Positions 9,401 to 21,069 of a stretch of DNA of 64,000 nucleotides are shown piece after piece (within the stretch, counting starts at the first letter, position 1; the number at the start of each line of letters is the position of its first letter). A program made the translations under genes and the position numbers. The stretch lies in NCBI GenBank assembly GCA_050298595.1, contig JBNKUM010000076.1:1-64000 (forward strand). Reading direction: 5' to 3'. A model generated the notes under the pieces. It was not told the DNA's origin and made no database searches. It worked only from the letters and a program-made list of their open reading frames with translations. This DNA is from Gammaproteobacteria bacterium (GTDB lineage Bacteria > Pseudomonadota > Gammaproteobacteria > GCA-001735895).

Positions 9401-10265
9401 ATACCAGCGTATCCTCGGGTGAAATGCTGAATAATTCATCCAGTGCATCAATCACGGCCTGGGTGCGATCTCTATCCTTTTGTTCTTCATCAGTCACCGG
9501 ACGGTAACGCACCTCTACCGGATAGGTACGTCCCGACACCATCACCATAGGAGCATTATTGAAGTAACGCGAAAAGCGCTCTGGATCAATGGTTGCTGAC
9601 GTGATAATCAATTTTAAATCGGGACGTTTGGGTAACAGCGTTTTGATAAACCCCAGCAACAGGTCAATATTCAAACTGCGTTCATGCGCTTCGTCGATGA
9701 TCAGGGTCTGGTATTCATTCAACCAGCGATCATTCTGAATCTCGGCCAGCAAGATGCCGTCGGTCATCAGCTTGACGTAGCTATCCTTACTGGTGGTGTC
9801 GGTAAAACGCACCTTATAACCCACCGCCTCACCCGGCACCGAATGCAGCTCTTCGGCAATGCGATTGGTGACGGCTCGCGCGGCCAGTCGGCGTGGTTGG
9901 GTGTGTCCGATCTTGCCTTTATCCGCCAGCCCCAGATCGATACAGATCTGTGGCAGCTGGGTGGTTTTACCGGAACCGGTTTCACCACACACGATGACTA
10001 CCTGATTTTCCTGTATCGCCTTTTTTAGATCATCGCGTCGCTCGAAGAAGGGCAGCTCTTCATTCAGGGTTATTTTTGGACGCCTGGCGGCACGTTGCGT
10101 CACGGTTTGCATCGACGCTTCAAGCGCTTTATTTAATTGCTCCAGGGCTTTATCCGCGCCTTTTTTGTTTTGGGTCTGACGCAACAGGCGCAGCAAACGT
10201 GTACGATCCGCAATCGCACATTCGTTTAATATCTTTCGCCTGATTTCATTTACCGTCATTAACAA
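6429..10265 (-). CDS. hrpA: ATP-dependent RNA helicase HrpA
   Basis: GETGSGKTTQ, DEAH, SAT and QRAGRCGR motifs; C-terminal RWMIEEYRISCFAQ; 1278 aa. Confidence 0.97.
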   Translation of the reverse strand: MLMTVNEIRRKILNECAIADRTRLLRLLRQTQNKKGADKALEQLNKALEASMQTVTQRAARRPKITLNEELPFFERRDDLKKAIQENQVVIVCGETGSGKTTQLPQICIDLGLADKGKIGHTQPRRLAARAVTNRIAEELHSVPGEAVGYKVRFTDTTSKDSYVKLMTDGILLAEIQNDRWLNEYQTLIIDEAHERSLNIDLLLGFIKTLLPKRPDLKLIITSATIDPERFSRYFNNAPMVMVSGRTYPVEVRYRPVTDEEQKDRDRTQAVIDALDELFSISPEDTLVFFAGERQIREAAEKISKRYHQYDVLPLYARLTNEQQQRIFKSGGKRKIILSTNVAETSLTVPGIRYVVDTGLARISRYSWRAKIQRLPIEKISQASANQRAGRCGRVAAGICIRLYDEEDFNGREEFTEPEILRTNLASVILQMDNLRVGHIRDFDFIEKPDSRLISDGYRLLHELQAVTGDDHVTARGKQIACFPVDPRLAAMLLRASQLGCLNEILIIVSVLSIQDPRDLSQENRQAANQKFKLWQDDKSDFSGWINLWREIKLQKKELTRNQFAKWCKQNYLSWLRVREWQDIHKQIKEQAKELKLSINTGEADYDGIHRAILTGIPSHIASLDQEGRYQTTRGREAAIFPSSVLSKKTPKWIMAFSLIDTSRLYAHVVSALNPQWAISDLQHLHQYEYYEPHWQQKQGRVGAFRNTRIYGLLIEGGKRVNYGSVNPKESREIFIREALVEGNYHTTVNFIQANRKLIEHYRAQEERERRRDLLIGEQQIYDFYHQRLPETIVDAVSFEAWVKKCDASVIKELTLFEQDVLATEHDKDLQTYPEFLKLKDQKLKLSYVFDPSDDADGVSVTIAMALLNQFCDEDFDFLVPGLLQEKVQALIKALPKQTRKNFIPVPEFAAACIAVLDNKKPFYHQLSDQLQRMTGVRVALDQWRPEAIDKHFLMRYCIEYNGVVVASGRSLSEIKAEYSEQANQKFEQQVAHDESVSRSDILAWDFDELPDQVNIRKKSANITAFPALVDYQDSVAIELFETRQDAAFYHATGIARLIILALKDSVKYADKKLPKIDQSALMYLSFASKQDLVDDIVMAAVFECFLNKELPKNKLQFEQVLEKNKPQFMLTLNEKAELVYKILSMYRQSRDLLQSSKLTAAHVADIQQQFEYLVYAGFVREVPVANLKRYPVYFQAIMKRIEKTLQDSTLADRSLPLITELWGQYAGLSLQENIDNDLLEKLRWMIEEYRISCFAQPMKTNVPVSENKIRKLIAEIS

Positions 10266-10344
10266 CTACCCAAATTGCGATTATCATTGCTCGATTATGA
10301 CTGCCGTGGCAATCTAACCCATTATTAGTTCAAAGCCTCTACAC

Positions 10345-11061
10345 TTGAAACCATCCAGCTTACCGTTTGAATATGCCTTAAGAGTCTCACCAAGAGCGCG
10401 CCAGTTGCGCGTGGTCGTCAAACCCTTTGTCGGCCTGGAAGTGGTGATCCCAAAAAACTTTCCGCGCAAGCAAATTCCGCGCATTCTACAACAACACGAA
10501 GGCTGGATCACAAAACAGCTGAATAAACATGCGCATACTTTCAAAGCCGCCGCTTTGCCGCAAACCATAGAGCTGTCATTAACCGGTGAAAGCATCCCTG
10601 TGCTGTATAAAAAACTGTTCGATGATGGCGCTAATCCGACCTGGGAGTTTGATCAGGGTGAGTTACAGGTTTCTCATCATCAGCATGAGGATGCCATACA
10701 GTTGCTAAGGCACTGGCTACGCTGTAAAGCCAAACAGGAGCTGCCTCCCATGCTGCGCGCCACTGCTACAAAGTATAGGTTCGACTATGCTAAAGCCAGT
10801 ATCCGCAGCCAGAAGAGTCGCTGGGGCAGTTGCTCTTCCAGAGGCACCATCAGTCTGAATGACCAGTTGATGTTTATTCCACCGGATACAGTGAATTACC
10901 TGCTAATCCACGAACTATGCCACACCCGGCACATGAATCACTCGGCACGTTTCTGGCAACTGGTAGAAAGCTGTTGTGCAGACTTCAGACAGCATGAAAT
11001 GGTTTTAGGTAATCCCCGGCAATGGGTGCCAGAGTGGTTTTCACAAAGCCTGCATCAGTGA
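10345..11061 (+). CDS. YgjP/DUF45-like zinc metallohydrolase
   Basis: SRWGSCS and HELCHTRHMNHS..FW motifs. Confidence 0.9.
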   Translation: MKPSSLPFEYALRVSPRARQLRVVVKPFVGLEVVIPKNFPRKQIPRILQQHEGWITKQLNKHAHTFKAAALPQTIELSLTGESIPVLYKKLFDDGANPTWEFDQGELQVSHHQHEDAIQLLRHWLRCKAKQELPPMLRATATKYRFDYAKASIRSQKSRWGSCSSRGTISLNDQLMFIPPDTVNYLLIHELCHTRHMNHSARFWQLVESCCADFRQHEMVLGNPRQWVPEWFSQSLHQ

Positions 11062-11081
11062 AAACAGGGTATTGCTCAGGG

Positions 11082-11771
11082 TTAGTTAAATGCGGCGCAG
11101 ATATCCTCACCGGTATAAGCTGATTGTTCAATAATTTTACCTGAGGCTGGATCGATAAGCAGTCGTTGATTCTGCGTGTACGACCAGGTCACCGCGTGTA
11201 GAAAACCGCCGCATAGCCTGGGCTGGAAATCCTGCCAGGAAAAAGAGACCTTCCAGTTCGGGTTGAATGACTCACAACCAGCCGCATGAGTATTATCTTT
11301 AAACAGTGACGAAGGGCTACAGACAATCAGGTGACGCTGCCCATCACTGAATATGATATGTGAATTTTGCGGAAAACCTTGCGGGTTTTTCACCCAGACA
11401 TTCCCTATCAGAGAAAAATTCTGTCCCGTATCCAGCAGCACCGAAACTTGCCCATTGAAGATGAAAATATCGCTAATAATATCTTCAAACTCCCACCTGT
11501 TCTGTTGCCCTCCATAAACGTCTGCCTCAATTAACACAGGATGGTTTATCCCGTCTGAATCGATACTGAAACCAGCATAGTACTGCTTGTCTTTCAGCTG
11601 AATCGTACGGTAGACATTGTCGATATTCAGTTTTTTTGCCGCCCTGGCAGGGGCAATAACTTTAACGCTCAGGGCTACAGGGCTGCTAGCCTGGCAGGCA
11701 ACCGACGACAGCAAGCAAAGGCAATAGAACAGGAAAAGGTTAAGGAGTTTCATCATACTCATAAACCACAA
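11082..11771 (-). CDS. Hypothetical exported protein
   Basis: 229-aa ORF with signal/lipoprotein-like N-terminus. Confidence 0.65.
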   Translation of the reverse strand: MWFMSMMKLLNLFLFYCLCLLSSVACQASSPVALSVKVIAPARAAKKLNIDNVYRTIQLKDKQYYAGFSIDSDGINHPVLIEADVYGGQQNRWEFEDIISDIFIFNGQVSVLLDTGQNFSLIGNVWVKNPQGFPQNSHIIFSDGQRHLIVCSPSSLFKDNTHAAGCESFNPNWKVSFSWQDFQPRLCGGFLHAVTWSYTQNQRLLIDPASGKIIEQSAYTGEDICAAFN

Positions 11772-11957
11772 ATCGGCTACCGAGATAAAAATGAAGTTCC
11801 ATTTGTTTAATCCATGAATTGTAATGATTCAAAAACTATAAAATCGATATTACACGAGATCTACCCGTTTCATTTAGCTTATGATTTATTAACACTGAAT
11901 GTCAGGGCAATCACCATAAGCTTCTTAATATTTACTTACTATCATTGGCTTTAACTC

Positions 11958-12821
11958 TCAACTTAGATGTAAGCCGCGTACAAGCTTCTGATAACCTTCA
12001 TATTCAGGCCCAATAACACCATGCCGAATAAAAAAATCGATTATCACCAGATTACAGTTGGGCTTGAATTCATCACTTTCCTGAACCAGATTGAGGACGG
12101 TTTGTATATCCATCAGCTTGAATTCAGCCACTTCACCATCGGTATTTTTCGGGGTGAATGATTCAGGTAATTCCACATCATAGCAATACAACGTGTCTGG
12201 CTTGAGCCCTGTTTCAGTCTCACAGCAATAGTCGACTGCCCCTGTAGCCTTTGCATTTTCTACCAGCTGTAATGGGATATCCGCTTCTTCCTTACATTCT
12301 TTAATCAGGTTTTCCTGCAGACTGAGGTTATGTGGCAAACCACCAGCTACGATATTATCCAGCCTGTTTGGGAAATTTATACGATCGGCAGCACGACGCG
12401 CTACCCAGAGCTTCATTCCTTCATCACTTTTCACATAGCCGTTCAGGTGTTGACCGTAGGTTCTAATGCCAAAATACCCAGCAGCACCTCTATCCAGCAA
12501 GGCAACACACTGTTCGCGATTAGCGCCAGTAATCGGATATATCTCACCCAGATATTTGCTGATAACACCCTGCTTGACCAGAGCATGAACCACTTCATCC
12601 AGTTGTTGGCTTGCCTGCTTAGAGTCATTCGCATCGGTTATCAGATCTACTCTGTGATCAGTGATGGAAAAATACTGTGGCCATTGCCCCAGCGCCTGGC
12701 ACATATAATCCTTTAAATATCCTACCCTTACCCCTGAGACAAAAAAGGGTCTAAAGTTTTCGATATGCCATTGGTTGAGTGTTTCAATATGACGAAATAG
12801 AGCGTTAGCTTGCATAGACAT
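11958..12821 (-). CDS. NUDIX hydrolase with DUF4743-type N-terminus
   Basis: FGIRTYGQHLNGY, DNIVAGG, KECKEEA Nudix box, FKPNC. Confidence 0.9.
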   Translation of the reverse strand: MSMQANALFRHIETLNQWHIENFRPFFVSGVRVGYLKDYMCQALGQWPQYFSITDHRVDLITDANDSKQASQQLDEVVHALVKQGVISKYLGEIYPITGANREQCVALLDRGAAGYFGIRTYGQHLNGYVKSDEGMKLWVARRAADRINFPNRLDNIVAGGLPHNLSLQENLIKECKEEADIPLQLVENAKATGAVDYCCETETGLKPDTLYCYDVELPESFTPKNTDGEVAEFKLMDIQTVLNLVQESDEFKPNCNLVIIDFFIRHGVIGPEYEGYQKLVRGLHLS

Positions 12822-12915
12822 TTCAACCTGAAATTCGTAGCTGAACCTGGGTTTGAAAGACTGGTGGTTAGCACCAGAACGAAAGATAGATGAATTAAAG
12901 GGTTATTAAATGCAC

Positions 12916-13038
12916 TTAGTCCCAGATAAGCAATAGCCCGGCGACAACGAACATCAATGCAATTTCAAAAATAGTCAGTGCTATCGACTGTCTGGGCGGT
13001 CTGGACTTTATTGTCGTTCTGGCGATATGTAGATTCAT
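12916..13038 (-). CDS. Putative 40-aa single-TM small protein (below ORF-track cutoff)
   Basis: TAGGAAGGA SD before ATG; MNLHIARTTIKSRPPRQSIALTIFEIALMFVVAGLLLIWD*. Confidence 0.5.
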   Translation of the reverse strand: MNLHIARTTIKSRPPRQSIALTIFEIALMFVVAGLLLIWD

Positions 13039-13162
13039 GATTCCTTCCTATATTATTCACTCCTTATTAGGTATACCAGCATCACGCTAAAGTTCAATAT
13101 TTTTTCAGGAATAACTGCTAAATATATGAATTATTGTGATTTCCTCACAAAATATAATCAGG

Positions 13163-14545
13163 TCAGCATTCAGTGACATTTACCGCTAAACCTCCACGGG
13201 CCGTTTCCTTGTATTTCTTTTTCATATCACGCCCCGTATTACGCATGGTGGCAATAACCTTATCCAGTGATACAAAATGCTCTCCATCCCCATTCATTGC
13301 CATGCGTCTTGCATTGATCGCCTTGATTGCAGCCATCGCATTGCGTTCTATGCAGGGCACCTGAACCAGCCCATTGATTGGATCACAGGTCAGTCCTAAA
13401 TTATGTTCCATAGCAATTTCGGCGGCATTTTCTACCTGTTCTGGTGTGCCTCCAGTTACTTCGGTCAGGCCTGCTGCAGCCATCGAGCAGGCTGAACCCA
13501 CTTCACCCTGACAGCCAACTTCGGCACCTGATATGGACGCATTTTCTTTGTACAGGATACCGACAGCGCCTGCGGTGAGCAGAAAATTCACAATACCCTC
13601 TTCATTCGACTGCGCAACAAATCGGTCATAGTATTTGAGCACTGCGGGAATAATACCTGCTGCGCCATTAGTGGGTGCAGTCACCACTCGACCACCTGCC
13701 GCATTCTCTTCATTCACTGCAATGGCATACAGGTTTACCCAGTCCATGGTGGTAAGCGGGTCGGTCAACGCGCTTTCCTGCTTCTCGCGTAACTTCTGAT
13801 TTAATTTACCGGCACGGCGTTTGACGTTCAGCCCACCAGGTAGAATACCTTCGTGAGCACAACCTGCGCTGATACAGTCCTGCATCACCTGCCAGATATT
13901 CAATAAGCCACTGCGTATTTCCACCTCGCTACGCCAGCACTTTTCATTCTCCAGCATGATCTGGCTGATACTCATTTGATGTTGCTGACACAAATCCAGT
14001 AGCTGCTGCATATTGTTAAACGCATAGGGTAAAACCGTTTCATCGCTGGCATGCAAATGGTCCTGTTGTGCATCGGCTTCCTCTACCACAAAACCACCAC
14101 CTATCGAGTAATAAGTATTGCTGTAGATTTCATCGCCATCAGCATCCAGAGCAGCGATTTGCATGCCATTTGAGTGATAGGCCAGACATTTTTTACGGTG
14201 CAGTTTCAACTGCTTGTCATAGTCAAAATGGATGCGGTGCTGACCTAACAGATTAAGCGAATGAGAGGATTTTATTTGCTCGAGTCGTGATTCGATTTGC
14301 GTGGTATCGATGCTTTCAGGATGATCTCCTTCTAATCCAAAAAGAATTGCCTTATCGCTACCATGACCTATACCGGTAGCGCCAAGCGAACCATATAAGG
14401 TGATATTGACCGATGCAACCTGTGACAACAGTTGCTGATCCTGCAGCACATGCACAAACTTGGCGGCTGCTCGCATTGGACCTACGGTATGCGAACTGGA
14501 AGGACCTATACCTATCTTGAAAAGATCAAAAACGCTGATCGCCAT
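13163..14545 (-). CDS. sdaA: L-serine ammonia-lyase (Fe-S)
   Basis: [32 protein letters not shown]. Confidence 0.97.
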   Translation of the reverse strand: MAISVFDLFKIGIGPSSSHTVGPMRAAAKFVHVLQDQQLLSQVASVNITLYGSLGATGIGHGSDKAILFGLEGDHPESIDTTQIESRLEQIKSSHSLNLLGQHRIHFDYDKQLKLHRKKCLAYHSNGMQIAALDADGDEIYSNTYYSIGGGFVVEEADAQQDHLHASDETVLPYAFNNMQQLLDLCQQHQMSISQIMLENEKCWRSEVEIRSGLLNIWQVMQDCISAGCAHEGILPGGLNVKRRAGKLNQKLREKQESALTDPLTTMDWVNLYAIAVNEENAAGGRVVTAPTNGAAGIIPAVLKYYDRFVAQSNEEGIVNFLLTAGAVGILYKENASISGAEVGCQGEVGSACSMAAAGLTEVTGGTPEQVENAAEIAMEHNLGLTCDPINGLVQVPCIERNAMAAIKAINARRMAMNGDGEHFVSLDKVIATMRNTGRDMKKKYKETARGGLAVNVTEC

Positions 14546-14563
14546 GGCTTACCCTCAAGTAAA

Positions 14564-14620
14564 ACCTGAAACTGTAACTTCAGGTAAAAGTAAATGAACC
14601 TGCGCACAGGGCGCAGGTTC
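14564..14620 (-). terminator. Two hairpins between glyA and sdaA
   Basis: GAACCTGCGC/GCGCAGGTTC at 14596-14620; ACCTGAA/TTCAGGT at 14564-14585; weak U tracts on the minus strand. Confidence 0.55.
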
Positions 14621-14650
14621 TTTTATACGTCAGCCATTGTAACTACTGGA

Positions 14651-15904
14651 TCAACTATAAACCGGGAAACGGCTACACAGCTCCAGTACTTTGGCCTTTA
14701 CTTCATCGATAACTTGCTGGTTTTCCATATCATCAAGCACATCACACATCCAGCCTGCCAGTTCAGTAGCTTCCGCCACGCCCAGACCACGAGTAGTAAT
14801 GGCTGGCGTACCGACGCGAATTCCACTGGTAACAAATGGTGATTGAGGATCATTAGGAACCGCATTCATATTCACCGTGATATTCGCTGCACCCAGTGCA
14901 GCATCGGCAGCTTTACCTGTCAGACCACGCTTAATGAAATCAACCAGAAACAAATGATCGTCAGTTCCACCTGAAACGATATCAAAACCACGTTGCAGGA
15001 AGACTTCTACCATGGCTTTGGCATTATCGATGACCTGTTGCTGATATTGCTTGAACTCAGGTTCCAGCGCTTCTTTGAATGCGACTGCTTTTGCTGCAAT
15101 TACGTGCATTAACGGGCCACCCTGCATACCGGGGAACACTATTGAGTTAAATTTCTTTTCCAGCTCAGGATTTGATTTACAAAGAATCAGGCCGCCGCGT
15201 GGGCCGCGTAGAGTTTTATGAGTGGTCGTGCTCACCACATCAGCAATCGAGATCGGATTGGGGTACAGACCCGCAGCAACCAGACCTGCCACATGAGCCA
15301 TATCGACAAATAAATACGCACCCACAGAATCGGCAATATCACGAAAACGCTGCCAGTCAATGATACGAGAATAGGCAGAAAAACCGGCCACAATCATTTT
15401 GGGTTTATGTTCTTTGGCAAGTGCTTCTACCTGGTTGTAATCGATTTCACCAGTGCTTGCGTCCAGACCGTATTGAACCGCATTGTAGACTTTACCGGAA
15501 AAATTAGGTTTAGCGCCGTGGGTTAAGTGACCACCATGCGCCAGACTCATGCCAAGTACGGTATCACCGGGTTGTACCAGTGCCATATAAACAGCGGCGT
15601 TTGCCTGCGAACCGGAATGAGGCTGAACATTTGCATAATCAGCACCGAATAACTTTTTAGCACGTTCTATCGCCAGAGTTTCAGCAGTATCTACAAATTC
15701 ACAACCACCGTAATAGCGCTTTGAAGGATAGCCTTCGGCATATTTATTAGTAAGCTGAGAGCCCTGTGCCTGCATCACGCGAGGACTGGTGTAGTTCTCA
15801 GAAGCAATTAATTCGATATGCTCTTCCTGACGCTTATTTTCCGCTTCAATCGTTGCCCACAACTCATCATCGTATCCAGCTATTTGATCATTCTTACTAA
15901 ACAT
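14651..15904 (-). CDS. glyA: Serine hydroxymethyltransferase
   Basis: [29 protein letters not shown]. Confidence 0.98.
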   Translation of the reverse strand: MFSKNDQIAGYDDELWATIEAENKRQEEHIELIASENYTSPRVMQAQGSQLTNKYAEGYPSKRYYGGCEFVDTAETLAIERAKKLFGADYANVQPHSGSQANAAVYMALVQPGDTVLGMSLAHGGHLTHGAKPNFSGKVYNAVQYGLDASTGEIDYNQVEALAKEHKPKMIVAGFSAYSRIIDWQRFRDIADSVGAYLFVDMAHVAGLVAAGLYPNPISIADVVSTTTHKTLRGPRGGLILCKSNPELEKKFNSIVFPGMQGGPLMHVIAAKAVAFKEALEPEFKQYQQQVIDNAKAMVEVFLQRGFDIVSGGTDDHLFLVDFIKRGLTGKAADAALGAANITVNMNAVPNDPQSPFVTSGIRVGTPAITTRGLGVAEATELAGWMCDVLDDMENQQVIDEVKAKVLELCSRFPVYS

Positions 15905-16010
15905 ATTTTTTCCTACAGATAAATTAAATTATTTTAACCGGCTTAGTGTCTGGACATAAACCGCTTATTTAAAGGAGGCTCTGAATAAGTCAGAGCTTGC
16001 CCAGGATTCG

Positions 16011-16523
16011 TCAACCCAGTTCGATATCCACTATTAATTCGTTGGCCAGGTCTTCCAGTACTTCTCCCAGCTCATCGATGCTATGCCCTTCGGCAAGACA
16101 CAGTGTAATACTGGCTTTAAACAGGGTTTCTCCCGACATAGAGGCTTCGCAGACTTCTGTCTCCATGTCATCCACGGAAGCGCCATGAGCACTCAGGGCT
16201 GCAGTAATTCGATGCACTATGCCTGGTCTATCCTGCCCGACCAGTTCCAGCTTATAGCATGTAGTGCTAACCACTGCCTGCGAGCCATCGACTTCTTCAA
16301 TCGATATCTTTAAGCCCACATTACTGGATTGTAAATCGCTACAGAAACCTTCATATTCCTGTTCCGGCAGCTTCACACTGAGAATCCCGGCAAACTTGCC
16401 GCTCAAATTCGCCATACGGCTTTCTATCCATTCTCCCTGATGGCGCAGAACAACTGCGGCAACCGATTCGACGATACCCGGACAATCATTTCCAATCAGT
16501 GAAATTACCAGTGACTTACTCAT
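16011..16523 (-). CDS. gcvR: GcvR-like double ACT-domain protein
   Basis: Two ACT repeats (GNDCPGIV, GQDRPGIV) inside the gcv cluster. Confidence 0.8.
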   Translation of the reverse strand: MSKSLVISLIGNDCPGIVESVAAVVLRHQGEWIESRMANLSGKFAGILSVKLPEQEYEGFCSDLQSSNVGLKISIEEVDGSQAVVSTTCYKLELVGQDRPGIVHRITAALSAHGASVDDMETEVCEASMSGETLFKASITLCLAEGHSIDELGEVLEDLANELIVDIELG

Positions 16524-16547
16524 TCTTCTATCCTCTACGTGACTACT

Positions 16548-19433
16548 TTAATCGGACTTGTGCTCTTCATAATGTGATATCGGCAAACAGGAACACACGA
16601 GGTTCTTGTCTCCATACACATTATCTACCCGACCCACAGGTGCCCAGTATTTGGATTCACGTAACGACTCTACAGGATACGCAGCCTGTTGACGTGAATA
16701 TGCATGCTTCCATTCATCAGCAGTAACCGAATCAACCGTATGCGGCGCATTTACCAGAGGATTATCATGCTCGTCCATGCTGCCATTGGCTACCGCCTGA
16801 ATCTCTTTCCGAATCGCGATCATGGCATCACAGAAACGATCAATTTCATATTTTGACTCACTTTCTGTAGGCTCAATCATTAGCGTACCGGGTACAGGGA
16901 ATGACATGGTCGGTGCATGGAAGCCATAATCGATCAATCGTTTGGCTACATCGTCAACAGTAATACCCACTTCATCCTTGATAGGACGCAGGTCTATGAT
17001 GCACTCATGAGCCACCATGCCGTTTGCATCGGTGTATAGTAATGGATAGTGATCTTTCAGCCGCTGCGCCACATAATTTGCATTCAATATTGCCACCTGA
17101 GTAGCTTTTATCAGCCCAGCTCTACCCATCATGGAGATATATGCCCAGCTGATCGGCAGGATACCCGCACTGCCCCAGGGCGCACCAGATACTGGCCCTA
17201 CACGCTCTGGCCCGTTTTCTACCACTGCATACCCTGGTAAGAAGGGCTTTAGATGTTCAACCACACCAATCGGCCCCACACCAGGCCCACCGCCACCATG
17301 AGGAATAGCGAAGGTTTTATGTAGATTCAGATGGGAAACATCGCCACCGAACTTGCCCGGCGCACACACACCAACCATAGCATTCATATTCGCGCCATCG
17401 ATATAAACCTGTCCACCATGTTGATGTACCAGCTCACACACCTCAACCACACTGGCTTCAAACACACCATGGGTGGATGGATAGGTAATCATAATGGCAG
17501 CCAGATTTTCAGCGTGCTTTTCCAGTTTTGCCTTCAGGTCATCCAGACTGATATTGCCATGATCATCGGTGGCAACCACAACCACCTTCATACCCGCCAG
17601 ATGTGCCGATGCGGGGTTGGTACCATGCGCCGATGCGGGAATCAGACAGATATCACGATGCTGATCACCACGACTATCGTGATAGGCGCGTATCGCCAGT
17701 AAGCCCGCATACTCGCCCTGCGCGCCCGAATTGGGTTGCAGCGACACAGCATCATAGCCGGTTGCTGCGCATAGCATCTGCTCTAGCTCAGTGGTTAATT
17801 CTTTATAACCCTCAGCCTGATCCAGTGGTATAAAAGGATGCAAACCAGCAAACTCAGGCCAGCTAACCGGCATCAGCTCTACCGCAGCATTCAGTTTCAT
17901 GGTGCAGGAACCGAGTGGAATCATCGCGCGATCCAGTGCCAGATCTTTATCTGCCAGATGACGCATATAGCGCATCATTTCGGTTTCAGAATGATAGGAG
18001 TTAAATACCGGATGGGTCAGGTAATCCGTTGTACGCGCAAACTTATCTTCAAAAGAAGCGCCAGGCTGATTTGTTAAGCTCGCTATAGTTACCGGCATAT
18101 CATCATCAGTAAAGATCTCTAACAAGGCATCTATATCCCTGACGGTTGTAGTTTCATCCAGTGAGATAGAAATCTGGTGAATATTGCGCTGATACAGGTT
18201 GTAGCCCCTGGCATAGGCATGCTTCATAAAATGGAGCGCATCACATTCCAGGGTAATGGTGTCAAAGTAGTTCTGGTTCACCACTTTTATACCTGACTCT
18301 CTCAGCCCTTCAGCCAAAACAGTGGTAAAACGTTGTACTCGCTGGGCTATTTTCTTTAACCCCTTTGGCCCATGGTACGCCGCATACATGCTCGCCATGA
18401 CCGCCAGCAATGCCTGTGCAGTACAGATATTACTGGTCGCTTTTTCACGTCGAATATGTTGCTCGCGAGTTTGCAATGCCAGGCGATAGGCTCTGTTACC
18501 ATGACTGTCGATGGATACCCCTATCAGGCGCCCGGCCATGGATCGCTTAAAAGCATCACGCGTTGCCAGATAAGCCGCATGCGGGCCTCCATAACCCAGT
18601 GGCACACCAAAGCGCTGAGTATTACCCACGGCTACATCGGCATCAAAATCGCCAGGGGCTTTAATCAGGGTCAGAGCCAGTAAATCAGCAGCCACCGCCA
18701 GCAGGGCTTTTTTATCGTGCAACTGCTGTGCTAAAGCGGAATAGTCACGGATTTCACCACTGGAACCCGGATACTGAACCAGCGCTGCGAACACCTCCAG
18801 TTGATCCAGATCCTTCAGTGGGTCACCGACAACTATCTCAATATCCAGTGTGGCGGCACGTGTTTTAACCACCGCAATATTCTGCGGATGACAATCCTGA
18901 TCCACAAAAAACACCGCGCTTTTGCTTTTACTCATACGCTGACATAGTGTCATCGCTTCAGCACAGGCAGTGGCTTCGTCGAGCAGCGATGCATTAGCCA
19001 GTTCCATACCAGTTAATTCAGCAACCATGGTCTGAAAGTTCAGCATGGCTTCCATCCGACCCTGAGAGATCTCTGCCTGATAAGGTGTATAGGCGGTATA
19101 CCAGGCAGGGTTTTCCAGAATGTTGCGCTGTACGACGGGGGGCGTAAAAGTGTTGTAATACCCCAGGCCTATGAACGATTTATGACTACCATTCTTTGCT
19201 GCCATTTGCTTCAGGCGTGCCAGTGACTGGTGTTCGGTCATACCTTCGGCTATCGCCATATCATCGTCACGCCGAATCGACTCTGGTACAATTTTCTGGA
19301 TCAACTCCTCCAGCGAATTCAAACCGAGCACTTTCAGCATATCGAGCTGGTCCTGTTTATCAGGGCCGATATGTCGATCTGCAAAATAGTCAGCCTGCTG
19401 TAACTGATCGATGGTCATAGGGTTCTGGTTCAT
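16548..19433 (-). CDS. gcvP: Glycine dehydrogenase (decarboxylating), P protein
   Basis: [28 protein letters not shown]. Confidence 0.98.
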   Translation of the reverse strand: MNQNPMTIDQLQQADYFADRHIGPDKQDQLDMLKVLGLNSLEELIQKIVPESIRRDDDMAIAEGMTEHQSLARLKQMAAKNGSHKSFIGLGYYNTFTPPVVQRNILENPAWYTAYTPYQAEISQGRMEAMLNFQTMVAELTGMELANASLLDEATACAEAMTLCQRMSKSKSAVFFVDQDCHPQNIAVVKTRAATLDIEIVVGDPLKDLDQLEVFAALVQYPGSSGEIRDYSALAQQLHDKKALLAVAADLLALTLIKAPGDFDADVAVGNTQRFGVPLGYGGPHAAYLATRDAFKRSMAGRLIGVSIDSHGNRAYRLALQTREQHIRREKATSNICTAQALLAVMASMYAAYHGPKGLKKIAQRVQRFTTVLAEGLRESGIKVVNQNYFDTITLECDALHFMKHAYARGYNLYQRNIHQISISLDETTTVRDIDALLEIFTDDDMPVTIASLTNQPGASFEDKFARTTDYLTHPVFNSYHSETEMMRYMRHLADKDLALDRAMIPLGSCTMKLNAAVELMPVSWPEFAGLHPFIPLDQAEGYKELTTELEQMLCAATGYDAVSLQPNSGAQGEYAGLLAIRAYHDSRGDQHRDICLIPASAHGTNPASAHLAGMKVVVVATDDHGNISLDDLKAKLEKHAENLAAIMITYPSTHGVFEASVVEVCELVHQHGGQVYIDGANMNAMVGVCAPGKFGGDVSHLNLHKTFAIPHGGGGPGVGPIGVVEHLKPFLPGYAVVENGPERVGPVSGAPWGSAGILPISWAYISMMGRAGLIKATQVAILNANYVAQRLKDHYPLLYTDANGMVAHECIIDLRPIKDEVGITVDDVAKRLIDYGFHAPTMSFPVPGTLMIEPTESESKYEIDRFCDAMIAIRKEIQAVANGSMDEHDNPLVNAPHTVDSVTADEWKHAYSRQQAAYPVESLRESKYWAPVGRVDNVYGDKNLVCSCLPISHYEEHKSD

Positions 19434-19459
19434 GTTTTTATCTCTTAAAAACGCTTGTA

Positions 19460-19831
19460 TTAATCCAGGCTTTCCAGGTATTTATCTTCATCCATCAGCT
19501 CATCCAGCTCTTCTTCATCGGCCATTTTAACCTTGATAAACCAACCAGCACCCATAGCATCTTCATTGACTTTACCGGGATCGCTATCCAGCTCTTCGTT
19601 CACTTCCAGTATTTCACCCGTTATTGGAGCGATCAGATCGCTGGCAGATTTCACTGACTCGATGACCGCAATCGACTCGCCTTTTTCAATCTCGGCACCG
19701 ACTTCGGGTAATTCAATATACACCAGCTCACCCAGTTGCTCCTGAGCAAATTCGGTAATGCCGATCAAAGCAGTGCCATCATCAGCAGTTAAAATCCACT
19801 CGTGATCTTCACTGAAGCGTAAAATACTCAT
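19460..19831 (-). CDS. gcvH: Glycine cleavage H protein
   Basis: HEW, ESVKSAS lipoyl-lysine motif. Confidence 0.97.
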   Translation of the reverse strand: MSILRFSEDHEWILTADDGTALIGITEFAQEQLGELVYIELPEVGAEIEKGESIAVIESVKSASDLIAPITGEILEVNEELDSDPGKVNEDAMGAGWFIKVKMADEEELDELMDEDKYLESLD

Positions 19832-19893
19832 AATTTTCTCCTGTTTTTTAAATTAATCTGACCGCGCCAGAAACTTGAATAAAAAATCGCAGT

Positions 19894-21015
19894 TTAACCC
19901 CGGTAGTAGCGCTGCTCTACGAAAGGCATTTTTACTACAGTGACCGGAATCTGTTTGTCTCGCACCAGAGCAAACAGTTCAGTGTCTGGTTTTGCCAGTG
20001 CGGTTTCGACGTAACCCATTGCAACCGGCCCATTCACGCTGGGGCCAAAACCACCGCTGGTGACTATACCCACTGGAGTGCCTTCAGCATCGACCAGTTG
20101 CGCACCATCGCGTACGGGCATACGACCTTCCGCCTTAATGCCGACTCGTTTACGTTCAACCCCATTGGCAATTTGCGACATGATGGTATCAGCGCCAGGA
20201 TATCCGCCTGCACGCGCTCCATCTGCACGACGTGATTTGCTCAATGCCCATAACAGGCTGGATTCTACCGGTGTGGTCTGGGTATCCAGATCATGGCCAT
20301 ATAAACATAGCCCTGCTTCCAGACGTAGCGAGTCACGTGCACCTAGTCCCACGGGCTCTACCTCAGCCTGTGCCAGTAAGGTTCGTGCCAGTCGAACGGC
20401 ATCATCATTATGCACTGATATTTCAAAACCATCTTCACCGCTATAACCCGAACGGGTGGCAAAACATTTAATACCATCGATTTCGATTTCACTCGCGGTC
20501 ATGAAAACCATGTCTTTGGTTTCGGGTGCCAGACGCGCCATTACTGCTCCAGCCTGAGGACCCTGTAAAGCAAGTAGTGCGTAATCTTCCAGTACTTCGA
20601 TTTCACAGAGTTCGGAAAGATGGGTACGCATATGCGAAATATCCTGATCCTTACAGGCCGCATTCACCACCACAAACAGGTGATCACCTGCATTGGTGAC
20701 CATCAGGTCATCCATCACACCACCCTGATCATTGGTAAATAAGGCATAGCGTTGTTTCATCAGACCCAGCTCTACTATATCCACCGGCACCAGGGTTTCC
20801 AGCGCTGCTGCTGCCTGCTCACCCTTCAGACGAAGCTGCCCCATATGCGAGACATCAAATAAGCCTGCCGCATTGCGAGTATGCAGATGCTCCTTAACAA
20901 TCCCCATTGGATATTGCACCGGCATCGCATAACCGGCAAAAGGAACCATTTTGGCGCCCAGCTCTACATGCAGGTCGTAGAGAGCTGTTTTCAACATGGT
21001 ATCAGTACTTGTCAT
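19894..21015 (-). CDS. gcvT: Aminomethyltransferase, T protein
   Basis: GLFDVSHMGQ, GEDGFEI, ARDSLRLEAGLCLYG. Confidence 0.97.
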   Translation of the reverse strand: MTSTDTMLKTALYDLHVELGAKMVPFAGYAMPVQYPMGIVKEHLHTRNAAGLFDVSHMGQLRLKGEQAAAALETLVPVDIVELGLMKQRYALFTNDQGGVMDDLMVTNAGDHLFVVVNAACKDQDISHMRTHLSELCEIEVLEDYALLALQGPQAGAVMARLAPETKDMVFMTASEIEIDGIKCFATRSGYSGEDGFEISVHNDDAVRLARTLLAQAEVEPVGLGARDSLRLEAGLCLYGHDLDTQTTPVESSLLWALSKSRRADGARAGGYPGADTIMSQIANGVERKRVGIKAEGRMPVRDGAQLVDAEGTPVGIVTSGGFGPSVNGPVAMGYVETALAKPDTELFALVRDKQIPVTVVKMPFVEQRYYRG

Positions 21016-21030
21016 GGTTCTACCCTCAAC

Positions 21031-21046
21031 ATTTCCAATTGGAAAT
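21031..21046. promoter_or_regulatory. Palindromic operator candidate upstream of gcvT
   Basis: Perfect 16-bp palindrome ATTTCCAATTGGAAAT; near-copy at 21734-21747. Confidence 0.7.
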
Positions 21047-21069
21047 AATTATAAAATTCGTATTGCTTT

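Noticed and set aside
15971-15996. MITE or IS end remnant (GAGGCTCTGAATAAGTC)
   Set aside because: Single occurrence with no partner end; explained equally well as a small intergenic hairpin.
21016-21069. Glycine riboswitch upstream of gcvT
   Set aside because: The gap is only 54 bp and lacks the aptamer motifs; it holds the palindromic operator instead.
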